A DNA stretch of 32,000 nt, taken from assembly GCF_000022265.1 (NCBI RefSeq), contig NC_011979.1, positions 2,400,001 to 2,432,000 of the forward strand. Reading direction: 5' to 3'. This stretch comes from Geotalea daltonii FRC-32. GTDB taxonomy: Bacteria; Desulfobacterota; Desulfuromonadia; Geobacterales; Geobacteraceae. Shown piece after piece: positions 1-10,024 of the stretch. Position numbers and translations under genes: made by a program. Below the pieces are notes generated by a model. That model had not been told where the DNA came from, did not search any database, and worked only from the letters and a program-made list of their open reading frames with translations. Each line of letters begins with the position of its first letter. The stretch's first letter is position 1.

Positions 1-1928
1 ATCCCCTCGATCAGACACTGGATAGCCTTTTTCTGGCCCTGGGGGATACCAGCTGGCGGGTCCGCAAAGAGGCTGTTGACATAATTGTGATGGCCGCAGA
101 AGGAGAAAGCGCCGGCAATCTTCAGGAAGAACTCGTCAACATGCTCAGGTCCCAGGATAATGCCGGGTTACGCAATTCAGCCGTGGAATCACTGGAAAAA
201 CTGGGGAAAAAGGCTTCCAAGGTCCTGTGTCTTCATATTGCCGACGAAGACCATGATGTGCGTAAATTCATCATCGACATTATGGGCAATATCGGTGATC
301 CTGCTTTCGTCCCTGCACTGATCAATGCTTTGGACGATCCGGATGCCAATGCCCGTGCTGCCGCTGCCGAAAATCTTGGGAAAATTCAGGATGCGCGCGC
401 CTTGCCTGAGCTTCTTGAGGCTTTGGCAAAGAGTGATGTGTTGCTCAAATACACGATTCTCGAAGCTGTGGGCAAGATCGGGCAGTCGGTTCCTGTGTCT
501 GCCATTGCTCCTCTTGCCAACGACAACCTCCTCAAAAAAGCCGTCTATGACTGTCTTGGTGCGATAGGCGATCTCGATGCAATTCCGCTGTTGGTTGAAG
601 GATTGAAGGACAGGCAGAAAAAGGCCCGCGAAGCTGCCGCAACTGGTCTTGTCGCCCTGAGGAAGCGCCTCTCTTCTTCGTCGGGTGCAGAGATAATGGA
701 TAATAAACTGGAGCAGCTGAAGGGGACATCCCATGTGGATGATCTGATCGACTCCTTCAATAATGCTGAAAACAGCTTGAAAGAGGCTTTTGCCATTCTT
801 CTCGGTGTCATCGGCGATGCAAGAGCGGCCAAACCTCTTCTTTTAGGCTGCAATGATGACAGGCTCAGAAGGCTGTGTTTGCAAGCATTGAGAAAGATTG
901 GGAACGCAGCAGCAGCTTCGCTGCTTGAAGTTTTCCCCTCTGCAGAAGACGATCAGCGTTGTTTCATCGTCTATCTCTGTGGTGAACTCGGCTGCAAGGA
1001 ATCGGTATCGCTTCTGACGGAAGGGATGCTGGACCTGAATCCTCAGCTGCGGCTTGCTTCGGTCAAAGCTGCCGGAAAGACCGGTCTCACTGTTTTTGTT
1101 AATGAGGTGGCCCATCTTCTTGAAGATAACGAAAAGGAAGTCAGAAACGGGGCCATAGAAGCTCTCTACAGGCTAGCCGAAACAGACAGATTCTCAGTGG
1201 CAAGGATTGCCGGCAAGCTGGCTTCTTCGGACCTGGCTGAAAAGAGACGCAATGCGGCCGTGCTCTGCACAGCCCTGGCTGATACGGAGAGGCTTTCGCT
1301 TCTGGTTAAGGATGAGGATGCAACGGTGCGGAAGGCTGCAGTAAGTTCACTGGCCAGCCTTAAATCAGTTGCCAGTGCCGGTCATCTGGTCATGGCTCTG
1401 GTCGATGAGGATCCGGATGTCCGTATCGCTGCAGCTGGAGCTTTGGGGGATGTGGGAAGTGAGGAAGTCGTCGGGCCACTGCTGCTGGCTTTGCAGGATG
1501 ACGACCCCTGGGTTCAGTGTGCGGTGTTGAAAAGCCTGGGCAACCTGAAAAACGAGGCAGCGTTGCCTGCCATAGTCCAGCTGTTCGAACGCGCCGATGG
1601 GCTTGTGCTTATAACTGCACTGGATGCTGTAGCAAAGATCGGAGGGGAGGCGGCAAGGGCACTTGTTGAGAAAGCGCTGGACAATTCCGATGAAGAGGTG
1701 GTTAAGGCTGCAATCGACATATTAACCCAGGAAAACGACGCATGGGTGCATACGCACCGCGATAAACTTTTAAACCACCCCCACTGGGATGTGAGAAGCA
1801 CCTTCATAAAAGCCATGGTTTCACGGTTGGGAGAAAAGTCGTTTCCTTATCTGCGACAGGCTCTTCAAACCGAAACCGATGAATTGGTCAAGGGGCAGAT
1901 CATCGAGTTGATGGATCGGGTTCTTTAA
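1..1928 (+). CDS. HEAT-repeat (PBS-lyase HEAT-like) protein, 5' end outside the window
   Basis: The frame of ORF 87..1928 stays open back to nt 3 (PLDQTLDSLFLALGDTSWRVRKEAVDII...), so the GTG/ATG at 87/90 is internal. The translation is a chain of about 30-aa units such as DEDHDVRKFIIDIMGNIGD, DDPDANARAAAAENLGKIQD, DEDPDVRIAAAGALGDVG and DDDPWVQCAVLKSLGNL. The stop overlaps the cheR start (TAATG at 1926-1930). Confidence 0.8.
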   Translation, partial: PLDQTLDSLFLALGDTSWRVRKEAVDIIVMAAEGESAGNLQEELVNMLRSQDNAGLRNSAVESLEKLGKKASKVLCLHIADEDHDVRKFIIDIMGNIGDPAFVPALINALDDPDANARAAAAENLGKIQDARALPELLEALAKSDVLLKYTILEAVGKIGQSVPVSAIAPLANDNLLKKAVYDCLGAIGDLDAIPLLVEGLKDRQKKAREAAATGLVALRKRLSSSSGAEIMDNKLEQLKGTSHVDDLIDSFNNAENSLKEAFAILLGVIGDARAAKPLLLGCNDDRLRRLCLQALRKIGNAAAASLLEVFPSAEDDQRCFIVYLCGELGCKESVSLLTEGMLDLNPQLRLASVKAAGKTGLTVFVNEVAHLLEDNEKEVRNGAIEALYRLAETDRFSVARIAGKLASSDLAEKRRNAAVLCTALADTERLSLLVKDEDATVRKAAVSSLASLKSVASAGHLVMALVDEDPDVRIAAAGALGDVGSEEVVGPLLLALQDDDPWVQCAVLKSLGNLKNEAALPAIVQLFERADGLVLITALDAVAKIGGEAARALVEKALDNSDEEVVKAAIDILTQENDAWVHTHRDKLLNHPHWDVRSTFIKAMVSRLGEKSFPYLRQALQTETDELVKGQIIELMDRVL

Positions 1929-2803
1929 TGTTCTACTCAGACCCTGAAGTACAAATGACCGATGAAGAGTTCCGCCTGATACGGGACCTTATCTATACCC
2001 ATTGTGGTCTCTATTTTGATAACGATTCCAAGTATCTTCTTGAAAAACGGCTGGGCCGCAGATTGTCACAGCATCAGATCAAGGAGTTCAGGGATTATTA
2101 TCATTTATTGAAATACGACAGGAACAGGGATCAGGAATTGTCAGATATCATGGATGTTCTGACTACCAATGAAACCTACTTTTTCCGCGAAGCTTTTCAG
2201 CTTAAGGCCTTTACCAGTGAAATTGTCCCTGAACTGATGGCCGCGAAAGAGAAAAAAGGGGATCGCTCCTTGCGGATTTGGAGTGCCGGCTGTTCCACGG
2301 GGGAAGAACCATATACCATTGCCATGCTTTTGCTTGAACTGGGGGTGCTCAAGGACTGGCGTGTCGAGATTGTCGGTACCGATATCAGCCAGAGAGTTTT
2401 GCATCAGGCGAGAAAAGCTACCTATGGCAAGACCTCTTTCCGTTCAACCGATGAAACCTATATCAACCGCTTTTTCCAGGAACAGGATGGTCTTTGCAAG
2501 ATCAACGATGAAGTCAGGGAGCTGGTTACCATCAGCCACCTCAATCTCTTTGACCATAATCGTCTGGCTCTCCTGGGCAAAATGGATGTCATCTTCTGCC
2601 GTAACGTCATCATTTATTTTGATCAGATTGCCAAGAAAAAGGTTGTCGAATCTTTTTATAAGGTCCTCCGGGACGGAGGCTACCTGCTTTTAGGTCATTC
2701 CGAATCCTTGATGAACATTTCCACTGCCTTTGCCCTGAAGCACCTGAAAAACGATATGGTGTACCAGAAGCCACCAACTGCCGGAACTGGAGTTTTTGCA
2801 TGA
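1928..2803 (+). CDS. cheR: Chemotaxis protein methyltransferase CheR
   Basis: 291 aa. Has the N-terminal CheR helical region ([23 protein letters not shown]) and a SAM-binding motif ([21 protein letters not shown] ... [11 protein letters not shown]). The start overlaps the upstream stop and the stop overlaps the cheB start (ATGA at 2800-2803). Confidence 0.95.
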   Translation: MFYSDPEVQMTDEEFRLIRDLIYTHCGLYFDNDSKYLLEKRLGRRLSQHQIKEFRDYYHLLKYDRNRDQELSDIMDVLTTNETYFFREAFQLKAFTSEIVPELMAAKEKKGDRSLRIWSAGCSTGEEPYTIAMLLLELGVLKDWRVEIVGTDISQRVLHQARKATYGKTSFRSTDETYINRFFQEQDGLCKINDEVRELVTISHLNLFDHNRLALLGKMDVIFCRNVIIYFDQIAKKKVVESFYKVLRDGGYLLLGHSESLMNISTAFALKHLKNDMVYQKPPTAGTGVFA

Positions 2804-3861
2804 AGAAAGTTAGAATCGTTGTCATAGATGATTCTGCATACAATAGACGCACCATAACAAAGATGCTTGAGGAAATTCCCGAGGTCGAGGTGGTAGGCTA
2901 TGCAGTTAACGGCGAGGAGGGGATCAGGCGGGTGATAGATCTCACCCCCGACCTGGTTACCCTGGACCTTGAGATGCCGAAGATGGACGGCTTCACCACG
3001 CTGCGCATCATCATGAACAGTTGCCCGACTCCGGTGATCGTCATCAGTGCCGGAAGTGACGATGAAAAGGTTTTCAAGGCGCTGGAACTGGGAGCTGTCG
3101 ATTTCATAGCAAAACCGACCCGAACCATTTCCGATGAGCTCCTCAAGATCCAGGATGACCTGCAGAAGAAGGTTCGAAGCGTCTTCAACCTCAACATGGC
3201 CGGCATCAAGCGGAGGGAAGCTCTTTTCAGTCAGGATGCAGCGAAGAGACCCCTAGCCATAGCTCCGACTAAAAAATCACAAATAGACATCATCGCTATT
3301 GGAGCTTCTACCGGTGGTCCGCCAGCACTGCAGAGTATCTTTTCCGCTTTTGACACGCCTCTGCCTGTGGCCATAGTGGTTTCGCAGCACATGCCACCCG
3401 GTTTTACCAAGGCTTTTGCGGAAAGATTGAACAGAACATCCGGCTTTGAGATTAAAGAAGCCAAAGACGGTGACACCGTAAGCCCAGGCCGCGTCCTTAT
3501 CGCTCCAGGTGGCCGGAACCTGATATTCAACAGGTTGGATGGAGTGGTCATTGCACGGGTGGTCGACCCGTTGCCTGAAGATAAATATGTACCTTCTGTG
3601 GATGCCATGTTTGCTTCCTGTGCCAAAATCTATGGTTCAAGGATGCTTGCAGTGGTGCTGACTGGGATGGGCAATGACGGGAGCCGTGGCGTCAGGGCGG
3701 CCAAAGCTGCAGGGGGCGGTGTTTTTGCGGAATCCGACGAGTCGGCGGTGGTTTTCGGAATGCCCAGAGAGGCCATAGCAACAGGTCTTGTGGACAGGAT
3801 CACCACCATCGATAAAATGTCATGCGAAATTTTATCCTATTGCGGAATTCAGCGTAGATAG
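2800..3861 (+). CDS. cheB: Protein-glutamate methylesterase/response regulator CheB
   Basis: 353 aa. N-terminal receiver domain (VRIVVIDDS ... [13 protein letters not shown] ... FIAKP) plus a methylesterase domain with [19 protein letters not shown] and LTGMGNDG motifs. Confidence 0.95.
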   Translation: MKKVRIVVIDDSAYNRRTITKMLEEIPEVEVVGYAVNGEEGIRRVIDLTPDLVTLDLEMPKMDGFTTLRIIMNSCPTPVIVISAGSDDEKVFKALELGAVDFIAKPTRTISDELLKIQDDLQKKVRSVFNLNMAGIKRREALFSQDAAKRPLAIAPTKKSQIDIIAIGASTGGPPALQSIFSAFDTPLPVAIVVSQHMPPGFTKAFAERLNRTSGFEIKEAKDGDTVSPGRVLIAPGGRNLIFNRLDGVVIARVVDPLPEDKYVPSVDAMFASCAKIYGSRMLAVVLTGMGNDGSRGVRAAKAAGGGVFAESDESAVVFGMPREAIATGLVDRITTIDKMSCEILSYCGIQRR

Positions 3862-3888
3862 AAACAACCAAAAAGTCAGAGGTGACAT

Positions 3889-4710
3889 ATGTCAAGGGAA
3901 GATGATAAGGGCATGCACGGCAGAGCGGAAGAATTCCTGCAGGTCTTCAAAAAGGGGGCAGAATTCACCCAGGACTTGATGCGTGAGAATGAAAGGCTTC
4001 GCTACCGGATCCTTGAGCTGGAGGAGTCATTGCCCAACAAGGACGGGGTATCCTCGACCGATGATCATAGCAAGTTATCACAGCGGATTGATGAGCTGGA
4101 ACGCGAAAAAGAAGAAATACTCAACCGTATCAAGCAAGTTGAAGCGGAAAATCAGAATTTCGCTGCAAGATATATTGAAATAGAAGAGGAGAACAACAAC
4201 CTGGCGAATCTTTATATTGCCAGCTATCAACTCCATTCCACTCTGGATTTCAAAGAGGTTCTGCAGATAATTACCGAGATAATCATAAACCTCATCGGCG
4301 CCGAAGAATTTTCAATCATGCTCCTTGATGAAAAGACCAATGAAATACAAGCTGTGGCCTGCGAGGGTATCCAGCGGGAAAATATACCCCATGTGAAATT
4401 AGGCCGGGGTGTTATTGGCGAGGTGGCCAAGACCGGGGAGAATCATTTTGTCGAGGATGTAAACGGTTATGTGCAGGATCTGGAAAACCCGATGGTGTGT
4501 ATCCCGCTTAAAATAAAAGAACACGTAATCGGTGTTCTGGTCATTTACAAGCTGCTCATGCAGAAGTCCAGCTTCGCAGCAGTGGATTACGAGCTCTTTA
4601 CCCTGCTTGCCGGACATGCTGCGACAGCGATATTCAGTTCGAGACTTTATAGCGATTCCGAAAGAAAGCTTTCGACAATCCAGGGATTCATAGATCTTCT
4701 GACCAAATGA
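3889..4710 (+). CDS. Coiled-coil plus GAF-domain protein of the che-like cluster
   Basis: 273 aa. The N-terminal 110 aa are heptad-like and charged (ENERLRYRILELEESL, IDELEREKEEILNRIKQVEAENQNFAARYIEIEEENNNL). The C-terminal half looks like GAF (LDFKEVLQIITEIIINLIGAEEFSIMLLD...GRGVIGEVAKTGE...PLKIKEHVIGVLVIY). RBS is AGAGGTGA before the ATG. Confidence 0.75.
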   Translation: MSREDDKGMHGRAEEFLQVFKKGAEFTQDLMRENERLRYRILELEESLPNKDGVSSTDDHSKLSQRIDELEREKEEILNRIKQVEAENQNFAARYIEIEEENNNLANLYIASYQLHSTLDFKEVLQIITEIIINLIGAEEFSIMLLDEKTNEIQAVACEGIQRENIPHVKLGRGVIGEVAKTGENHFVEDVNGYVQDLENPMVCIPLKIKEHVIGVLVIYKLLMQKSSFAAVDYELFTLLAGHAATAIFSSRLYSDSERKLSTIQGFIDLLTK

Positions 4711-4810
4711 CAGCAATAAATTTCAACCTTCCAGCAGGTACAGTCGGGCTTGATGATGCTGCAAGTTCAGATCATCGAGTGACAAATGGAATAAGCAGGA
4801 GGAGAGTGCT

Positions 4811-5188
4811 ATGCCACCATATAATATTTTGATCGTTGAAGACTCCCCAACCATGAGGCAACTTATATCTTTTGCTCTCAAAAGATTGAGAGTCGTGAGA
4901 ATAGTTGAAGCCAACGACGGGGTCGATGGTTTGAAAAAGCTCTCTGCGGAGAAATTCGACCTGATCTTCACGGATATTAACATGCCGATAATGGACGGTC
5001 TCAAGCTTGTGAGTCTGGTACGGACCGATTCCAATTACAAGGCAACGCCCATTGTCGTCATCACTACGGAGGGGGCGCAAGAGGACCGGGAACGGGCACT
5101 GGCTCTTGGCGCCAATGCCTACATTACCAAGCCGATACAACCCAACAACATACTGGATGTTGCCAAAAGGCTGCTGAAAATAGTATAG
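4811..5188 (+). CDS. cheY: Single-domain CheY-like response regulator
   Basis: 125 aa. Has the receiver signature (ILIVEDS, LIFTDINMPIMDG, VVITT, YITKP). RBS is AGGAGG at about 4797-4802. Confidence 0.85.
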   Translation: MPPYNILIVEDSPTMRQLISFALKRLRVVRIVEANDGVDGLKKLSAEKFDLIFTDINMPIMDGLKLVSLVRTDSNYKATPIVVITTEGAQEDRERALALGANAYITKPIQPNNILDVAKRLLKIV

Positions 5189-5211
5189 AGTCAGCGGTTG
5201 GACTTCCTCCG

Positions 5212-7398
5212 ATGTCAAATAAGCAACCCAGAGGTCAATTAGTGAAACGCTTTCTGCTGCCGTTGCCATTCCTGCTTTTTATTCCCGTGCTTCTCTTTGC
5301 CATGGATTTTCAGATGGTTACTTTCAAGACTGAGAATGCCGGCAAGGTAATTTTTGATCACGATCTTCACTTGAAAAAGCTGGGCAGCAACTGCACCGTT
5401 TGTCATAAATCCATATTTCCCATAACAACAGATGTGCCGCCGGTGACAATGGCCGAGATGGAGCAAGGGAAATCCTGCGGTGCCTGTCATAACAAAACCA
5501 AGGCATTCGGTCTTAATGAATGCGTCAAATGCCACTTGGTCAAGGAAGTACCGATTCAGATCCCCCAGTTCGGCACCATCGTTTTCAGTCACAACTTCCA
5601 TCTCGGCATGTATGGTTGTGGCGATTGTCACAACAAGCTTTTTAAGCCGGCACCAGGCAACCCGCATATTTCCATGCGCCAAATGGAGCAAGGGGCGTCG
5701 TGCGGAGCCTGCCACGATGGGAATACTGCCTTCACAGTCAAGGAAAATTGCACCAAATGCCACGCAGTTAAGGATATTGCCTTTACTGCCGATGCCCTTT
5801 TCAGCCATAAATTCCATCTGGAAATGTACAAATGCGCCGATTGCCACAGCAAACTTTTTGTTGCCGGTCCTGAAAGCAAGCGCCATTCCATGCGTGACAT
5901 GGAACAGGGAAACTCCTGTGGCGGCTGCCATGAAGGCAGTACCGCTTTCAGCGTCAAAGGGGATTGCGGCAAATGCCATACGGCCACAAAGGACATCCCG
6001 TTCAAGGCGACCGACGCACTTTTCAGCCACAAGTTCCATCTGGGTATCTATCGCTGCAACGACTGTCATAGCGGTTTATTTGTCGGCGGCGCCGGCAGCA
6101 AGCGGTATACCATGGCGGACATGGCCAAGCTGAAATCATGCGGCGCCTGCCATGAGGGAGATGTGGCATTTACCGTCAACGCCAACTGCGGCAGGTGTCA
6201 TAAAAGCACAAAAGATATAACCTTCGACATACCGGACATAGGTTCAGTTGCTTTCAGTCATGAAATACATCTGGGCATGTATAAATGCGACGACTGCCAT
6301 AACCAGGTTTTTGCCACCGGGGTGTCACGTAAAAGCTTCATCATGGCAGAGATGGAAAAAGGCAAATCATGTGGGGCTTGCCATGACGGGAAGAGTGCTT
6401 TTACTGCCTCGGCTAACTGCGGGAAATGCCATCCGGTCAAAGACATTACCTTTACCGACGACGCCCGTTTCAGCCACACAAAGCACCTGGATATGTACAA
6501 ATGCGCCGACTGCCATAGCAAATTGTTTGTTGCCGGACCTGACAACAAGCGGCGGTCCATGGCAGATATGGAAAAGGGGCTATCTTGCGGGGCCTGCCAT
6601 GAAGGGAATACCGGTTTCTCCGTCAAGGGAGATTGCGATAAGTGCCATAAATCCACCATGGAAATCGCCTTCAATGTGCCGGCAACCGGGGTAACCTATT
6701 TCAGCCACGCATTCCATACCGGCATGTACAAGTGTGCCGATTGTCATAACGGCATTTTTACTACCGGTGCTTCTGCCAAGCGATATACCATGGGCGATAT
6801 GGAGCAGGGTAAGTCCTGCGGCAGCTGCCATGACTCAAAAACCGCCTTTTCGGTCAAGGACGCTTGCCAGAAGTGCCACCCGGTAAAGGAGATCCAGTTC
6901 AAAGAATCAGGTGCGTCGTTCAGTCACAAGTTCCATCTGGGTCTGTATCCGTGTAATGACTGCCACACCAAGCTCTTTATTCCGGGCAAGGGCAACAGGC
7001 GAGTCAGCATGCCTGAAATGGAAAAAGGGAAATCATGCGGTGCCTGTCACGATTCCAGCACGGCCTTTACCGTTACCGGCAGTTGCAATAAATGTCATAA
7101 TGTTACCAAGGCAGTTAAATACGAGCTGCCGGAAAAGACCGGTAGCGTCTTGTTCAGTCATAAGCTGCATCTTTCCAAAGGGTACAATTGCGGCGATTGC
7201 CACAATGGGATTATTCTGGCAGGTGTCGGACGCAAGCCTTTGAAGATGAAGGATATGGAAGAGGGGAAATCTTGCGGCGCTTGCCATGGTGCAGCCATGG
7301 CCTTCAGCGTCAAGGATGCTGCCAGTTGCGGCAGGTGCCACGGCGGGAGAACCGGCGATATCCCTTCATTCCAGGAGGGTAATGCCCCTCAATTTTAA
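5212..7398 (+). CDS. 27-heme cytochrome c built from nine c7-type triheme domains (secreted)
   Basis: 728 aa with 27 CXXCH motifs, counted by hand. Has an N-terminal hydrophobic signal (KRFLLPLPFLLFIPVLLFA). The start could instead be the GTG at 5242, which follows AGAGG. This is the same architecture as the Geobacter sulfurreducens c7-polymer cytochromes (the 27-heme member is GSU2210, as I recall). Confidence 0.95.
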   Translation: MSNKQPRGQLVKRFLLPLPFLLFIPVLLFAMDFQMVTFKTENAGKVIFDHDLHLKKLGSNCTVCHKSIFPITTDVPPVTMAEMEQGKSCGACHNKTKAFGLNECVKCHLVKEVPIQIPQFGTIVFSHNFHLGMYGCGDCHNKLFKPAPGNPHISMRQMEQGASCGACHDGNTAFTVKENCTKCHAVKDIAFTADALFSHKFHLEMYKCADCHSKLFVAGPESKRHSMRDMEQGNSCGGCHEGSTAFSVKGDCGKCHTATKDIPFKATDALFSHKFHLGIYRCNDCHSGLFVGGAGSKRYTMADMAKLKSCGACHEGDVAFTVNANCGRCHKSTKDITFDIPDIGSVAFSHEIHLGMYKCDDCHNQVFATGVSRKSFIMAEMEKGKSCGACHDGKSAFTASANCGKCHPVKDITFTDDARFSHTKHLDMYKCADCHSKLFVAGPDNKRRSMADMEKGLSCGACHEGNTGFSVKGDCDKCHKSTMEIAFNVPATGVTYFSHAFHTGMYKCADCHNGIFTTGASAKRYTMGDMEQGKSCGSCHDSKTAFSVKDACQKCHPVKEIQFKESGASFSHKFHLGLYPCNDCHTKLFIPGKGNRRVSMPEMEKGKSCGACHDSSTAFTVTGSCNKCHNVTKAVKYELPEKTGSVLFSHKLHLSKGYNCGDCHNGIILAGVGRKPLKMKDMEEGKSCGACHGAAMAFSVKDAASCGRCHGGRTGDIPSFQEGNAPQF
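5341..7341 (+). repeat. Nine tandem coding repeats (72-78 codons each) = c7-type triheme modules
   Basis: The first Cys of each CXXCH falls at residues 61/89/104, 136/164/180, 208/236/252, 282/310/326, 359/387/403, 431/459/475, 508/536/552, 581/609/625 and 660/688/706. The unit is F-x-H-x2-H ... CxxCH ... M-x2-ME-x-G-x-SCGxCH ... CxxCH. Modules 3 and 6 share long near-identical DNA: atgtacaaatgcgccgattgccacagcaaactttttgttgccgg at 5824 versus atgtacaaatgcgccgactgccatagcaaattgtttgttgccgg at 6493. Confidence 0.9.
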
Positions 7399-7429
7399 GG
7401 CAAGAACCAATAATCAAAACTGGCCATGG

Positions 7430-7454
7430 AGGCAGGGCGCCCTGTCTTATTTTC
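7430..7454 (+). terminator. Rho-independent terminator after the cytochrome gene
   Basis: GC-rich palindrome GGCAGGGCGCCCTGTC followed by TTATTTT, 32 nt after the stop codon. It is the first terminator-like structure since the start of the window. Confidence 0.6.
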
Positions 7455-7539
7455 CGTGAGAGCAGGATTGCGGGATGATGAGAAAGGGTGCTGCGTTTCC
7501 GTGGCAAAATTTTGTCCCGGATACGGGCAGGAGGTTGTA

Positions 7540-10014
7540 GTGGAAGAGAAATACGTTCCCGCAAGGGTTGAAGAGAAGTGGCAGAAGCTTTGGGACAGTA
7601 ATAAGAGCTTTAAGGCTGAAAAGGTCGAAGGTAAATCCAAATATTACCTGTTGGAGATGTTTCCCTATCCGTCAGGCCGTATTCATATGGGACATGTGCG
7701 CAACTATTCCATTGGTGATGTCATTGCCCGCTTCAAGAGGATGAAAGGATTCAATGTTCTTCACCCCATGGGATGGGATGCCTTCGGCATGCCGGCCGAA
7801 AATGCGGCCATTCAGCATAAAAGCCATCCTGCCAAGTGGACCTATGAAAACATCGACTACATGCGCGGCCAGCTGAAAAAAATGGGCTTTTCCTATGATT
7901 GGGACAGGGAATTGGCCACCTGCAATGTGGAATACTACAAATGGGAACAGCTGATCTTCCTGCAGATGCTTGAGAAAGGACTTGCCTACAAGAAGAAATC
8001 CTCCGTCAATTGGTGCCCCAGATGCGAGACTGTGCTTGCCAATGAGCAGGTTGAGGATGGCAGCTGCTGGCGATGCGACAGCTTGGTGGAGCAAAAGGAG
8101 CTGGAGCAGTGGTCATTCAGGATCACAGATTACGCAGAGGAACTCCTTGAAGATACCTACAAGCTGCCGGGCTGGCCGGAGCGGGTGCTGACTATGCAGC
8201 GCAACTGGATCGGCAGGAGCACCGGCTGCGAGATTGACTTTTCCATAGAAGGCAGAAAAGATGCCATCAAGGTTTTTACTACCCGCCAGGATACACTTTT
8301 CGGCGCCACTTTCATGTCGCTGGCGCCTGAGCACCCACTGGCCCTGCAGTTGACAACGGCTGAAAATATGATTGTTGTCAATGCCTTTTTGGACAAAGTG
8401 AAAAAAACCGACAAGATCAAGCGCACGGCCGAAGACTTCGAAAAAGAAGGTGTCTTTACCGGTTCCTACTGTATCAATCCGGTCACCAATCGGCGCATGC
8501 CGATCTACCTGGCAAACTTTGTCCTGACCGATTATGGCACCGGCGCGGTTATGGCTGTGCCGACCCATGATCAGCGCGACTTTGAATTTGCCCGCAAATA
8601 TGCTATCGCCATGGAAGTGGTGATCCAGCCTGAGGGTGGATCACTTGATGTCGCCACCATGACCGAGGCCTATACCGCCGAAGGGATCATGGTTAATTCG
8701 GGCCGCTTCGACGGCCTGAACAGTGCAGTGGCCAAGGAACAGATCGCCGATTTTCTGGAGCAGGAAGGACTGGGTAAAAAGACTGTCAACTTCCGCCTGC
8801 GAGATTGGGGCATTTCCAGGCAGCGCTACTGGGGAAACCCGATTCCAGTTATTTACTGCGATGATTGTGGCGCCGTACCTGTGCCCGCAAAGGACTTACC
8901 GGTTGTACTTCCCATGGACGCAACGTTCACCGGTGAAGGTGGCAACCCGCTGTCCAAGATCGATTCCTTCATCAAAACCACTTGCCCGCTATGCGGCAAG
9001 GATGCGCGTCGCGAGACCGATACCATGGATACCTTTGTGGAATCTTCATGGTATTTCCTCCGCTACTGCTGCCCGGATTTTGCCTGTGGTCCTCTCGACA
9101 AGGGAAAGACCGAATACTGGATGTCCGTTGACCAGTATATCGGCGGCATTGAACATGCGGTCATGCATCTGCTCTATGCCCGCTTTTTTACCAAGGTCCT
9201 GCGCGACCTGGGATACTGCGACATCAACGAACCTTTCACCAACCTTTTGACCCAGGGCATGGTCATCAAGGATGGTTCGAAGATGAGCAAATCCAAAGGC
9301 AATGTTGTCGATCCCAATGCGCTCATAGAAAAATACGGCGCTGATACGGCACGGCTTTTCTCATTATTTGCCGCCCCCCCCGAAAAAGATCTCGACTGGA
9401 GCGACCAGGGAGTCGACGGCAGTTATCGGTTCCTGAACCGGGTATGGAAACTTGTCTACGAATGCCTGCCATTGATATCCGCCACAGGTCCTCTCGATGC
9501 TGCAGCCCTTACAGATGAGGGTAAAACATTGCGCCGTCTGGTGCATAAGACCATCCGCAAGGTTTCCGATGACATCGAGGACCGATTCCATTTCAACACG
9601 GCCATCGCTGCCATAATGGAGATGGTCAACGCCATTCAGGCATTTGAGCCCAAAAACCAGCCCCGCAATGTGCCGGTGCTGAAAGAGGCCGTTGAATCGG
9701 TGGTATTGCTATTGGCACCATTTGTACCTCATTTTGCCGAGGAACTGTGGGAGAGTCTCGGCCATGAAGATAATCTCAATGAGGCCGCCTGGCCTGCCTT
9801 TGATGCTGCCGCTGCAGTTGATGAAGAGCTGCTGGTGGTGGTTCAGGTCAACGGCAAGCTCCGCGGCAAAGTAACCGTAGCAGCAAGCGCGACCGATGAA
9901 GACATAAAAGGAGCTGTCCTTGCCGACGAAAAGATCAGGCAGCTCATTGACGGCATGAACATAAAAAAGATTGTCTACGTTCCCGGCAAGCTGGTTAACA
10001 TCGTTGTCGGATAA
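7540..10014 (+). CDS. leuS: Leucyl-tRNA synthetase
   Basis: HIGH-type motif ([11 protein letters not shown]) and KMSKS motif ([10 protein letters not shown]). I place the start at the GTG at 7540, 5 nt after AGGAGG (7529-7534). This gives [19 protein letters not shown], which matches the usual LeuS N-terminus. The track start at 7426 adds 38 unconserved residues. Confidence 0.97.
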   Translation: MEEKYVPARVEEKWQKLWDSNKSFKAEKVEGKSKYYLLEMFPYPSGRIHMGHVRNYSIGDVIARFKRMKGFNVLHPMGWDAFGMPAENAAIQHKSHPAKWTYENIDYMRGQLKKMGFSYDWDRELATCNVEYYKWEQLIFLQMLEKGLAYKKKSSVNWCPRCETVLANEQVEDGSCWRCDSLVEQKELEQWSFRITDYAEELLEDTYKLPGWPERVLTMQRNWIGRSTGCEIDFSIEGRKDAIKVFTTRQDTLFGATFMSLAPEHPLALQLTTAENMIVVNAFLDKVKKTDKIKRTAEDFEKEGVFTGSYCINPVTNRRMPIYLANFVLTDYGTGAVMAVPTHDQRDFEFARKYAIAMEVVIQPEGGSLDVATMTEAYTAEGIMVNSGRFDGLNSAVAKEQIADFLEQEGLGKKTVNFRLRDWGISRQRYWGNPIPVIYCDDCGAVPVPAKDLPVVLPMDATFTGEGGNPLSKIDSFIKTTCPLCGKDARRETDTMDTFVESSWYFLRYCCPDFACGPLDKGKTEYWMSVDQYIGGIEHAVMHLLYARFFTKVLRDLGYCDINEPFTNLLTQGMVIKDGSKMSKSKGNVVDPNALIEKYGADTARLFSLFAAPPEKDLDWSDQGVDGSYRFLNRVWKLVYECLPLISATGPLDAAALTDEGKTLRRLVHKTIRKVSDDIEDRFHFNTAIAAIMEMVNAIQAFEPKNQPRNVPVLKEAVESVVLLLAPFVPHFAEELWESLGHEDNLNEAAWPAFDAAAAVDEELLVVVQVNGKLRGKVTVAASATDEDIKGAVLADEKIRQLIDGMNIKKIVYVPGKLVNIVVG

Positions 10015-10024
10015 AGGTGGACTT

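Noticed and set aside
7426-7539. N-terminal 38-codon extension of LeuS in the ORF track
   Set aside because: The extension ([38 protein letters not shown]) overlaps the upstream terminator and has no RBS. The GTG at 7540 has AGGAGG 5 nt upstream and yields the conserved LeuS N-terminus.
9971-10024. Upstream start of the LptE ORF overlapping leuS
   Set aside because: The TTG at 10025, preceded by AAGGTGG, yields a proper lipoprotein signal peptide starting MRKLIFF. The extra 18 residues have no signal-peptide character.
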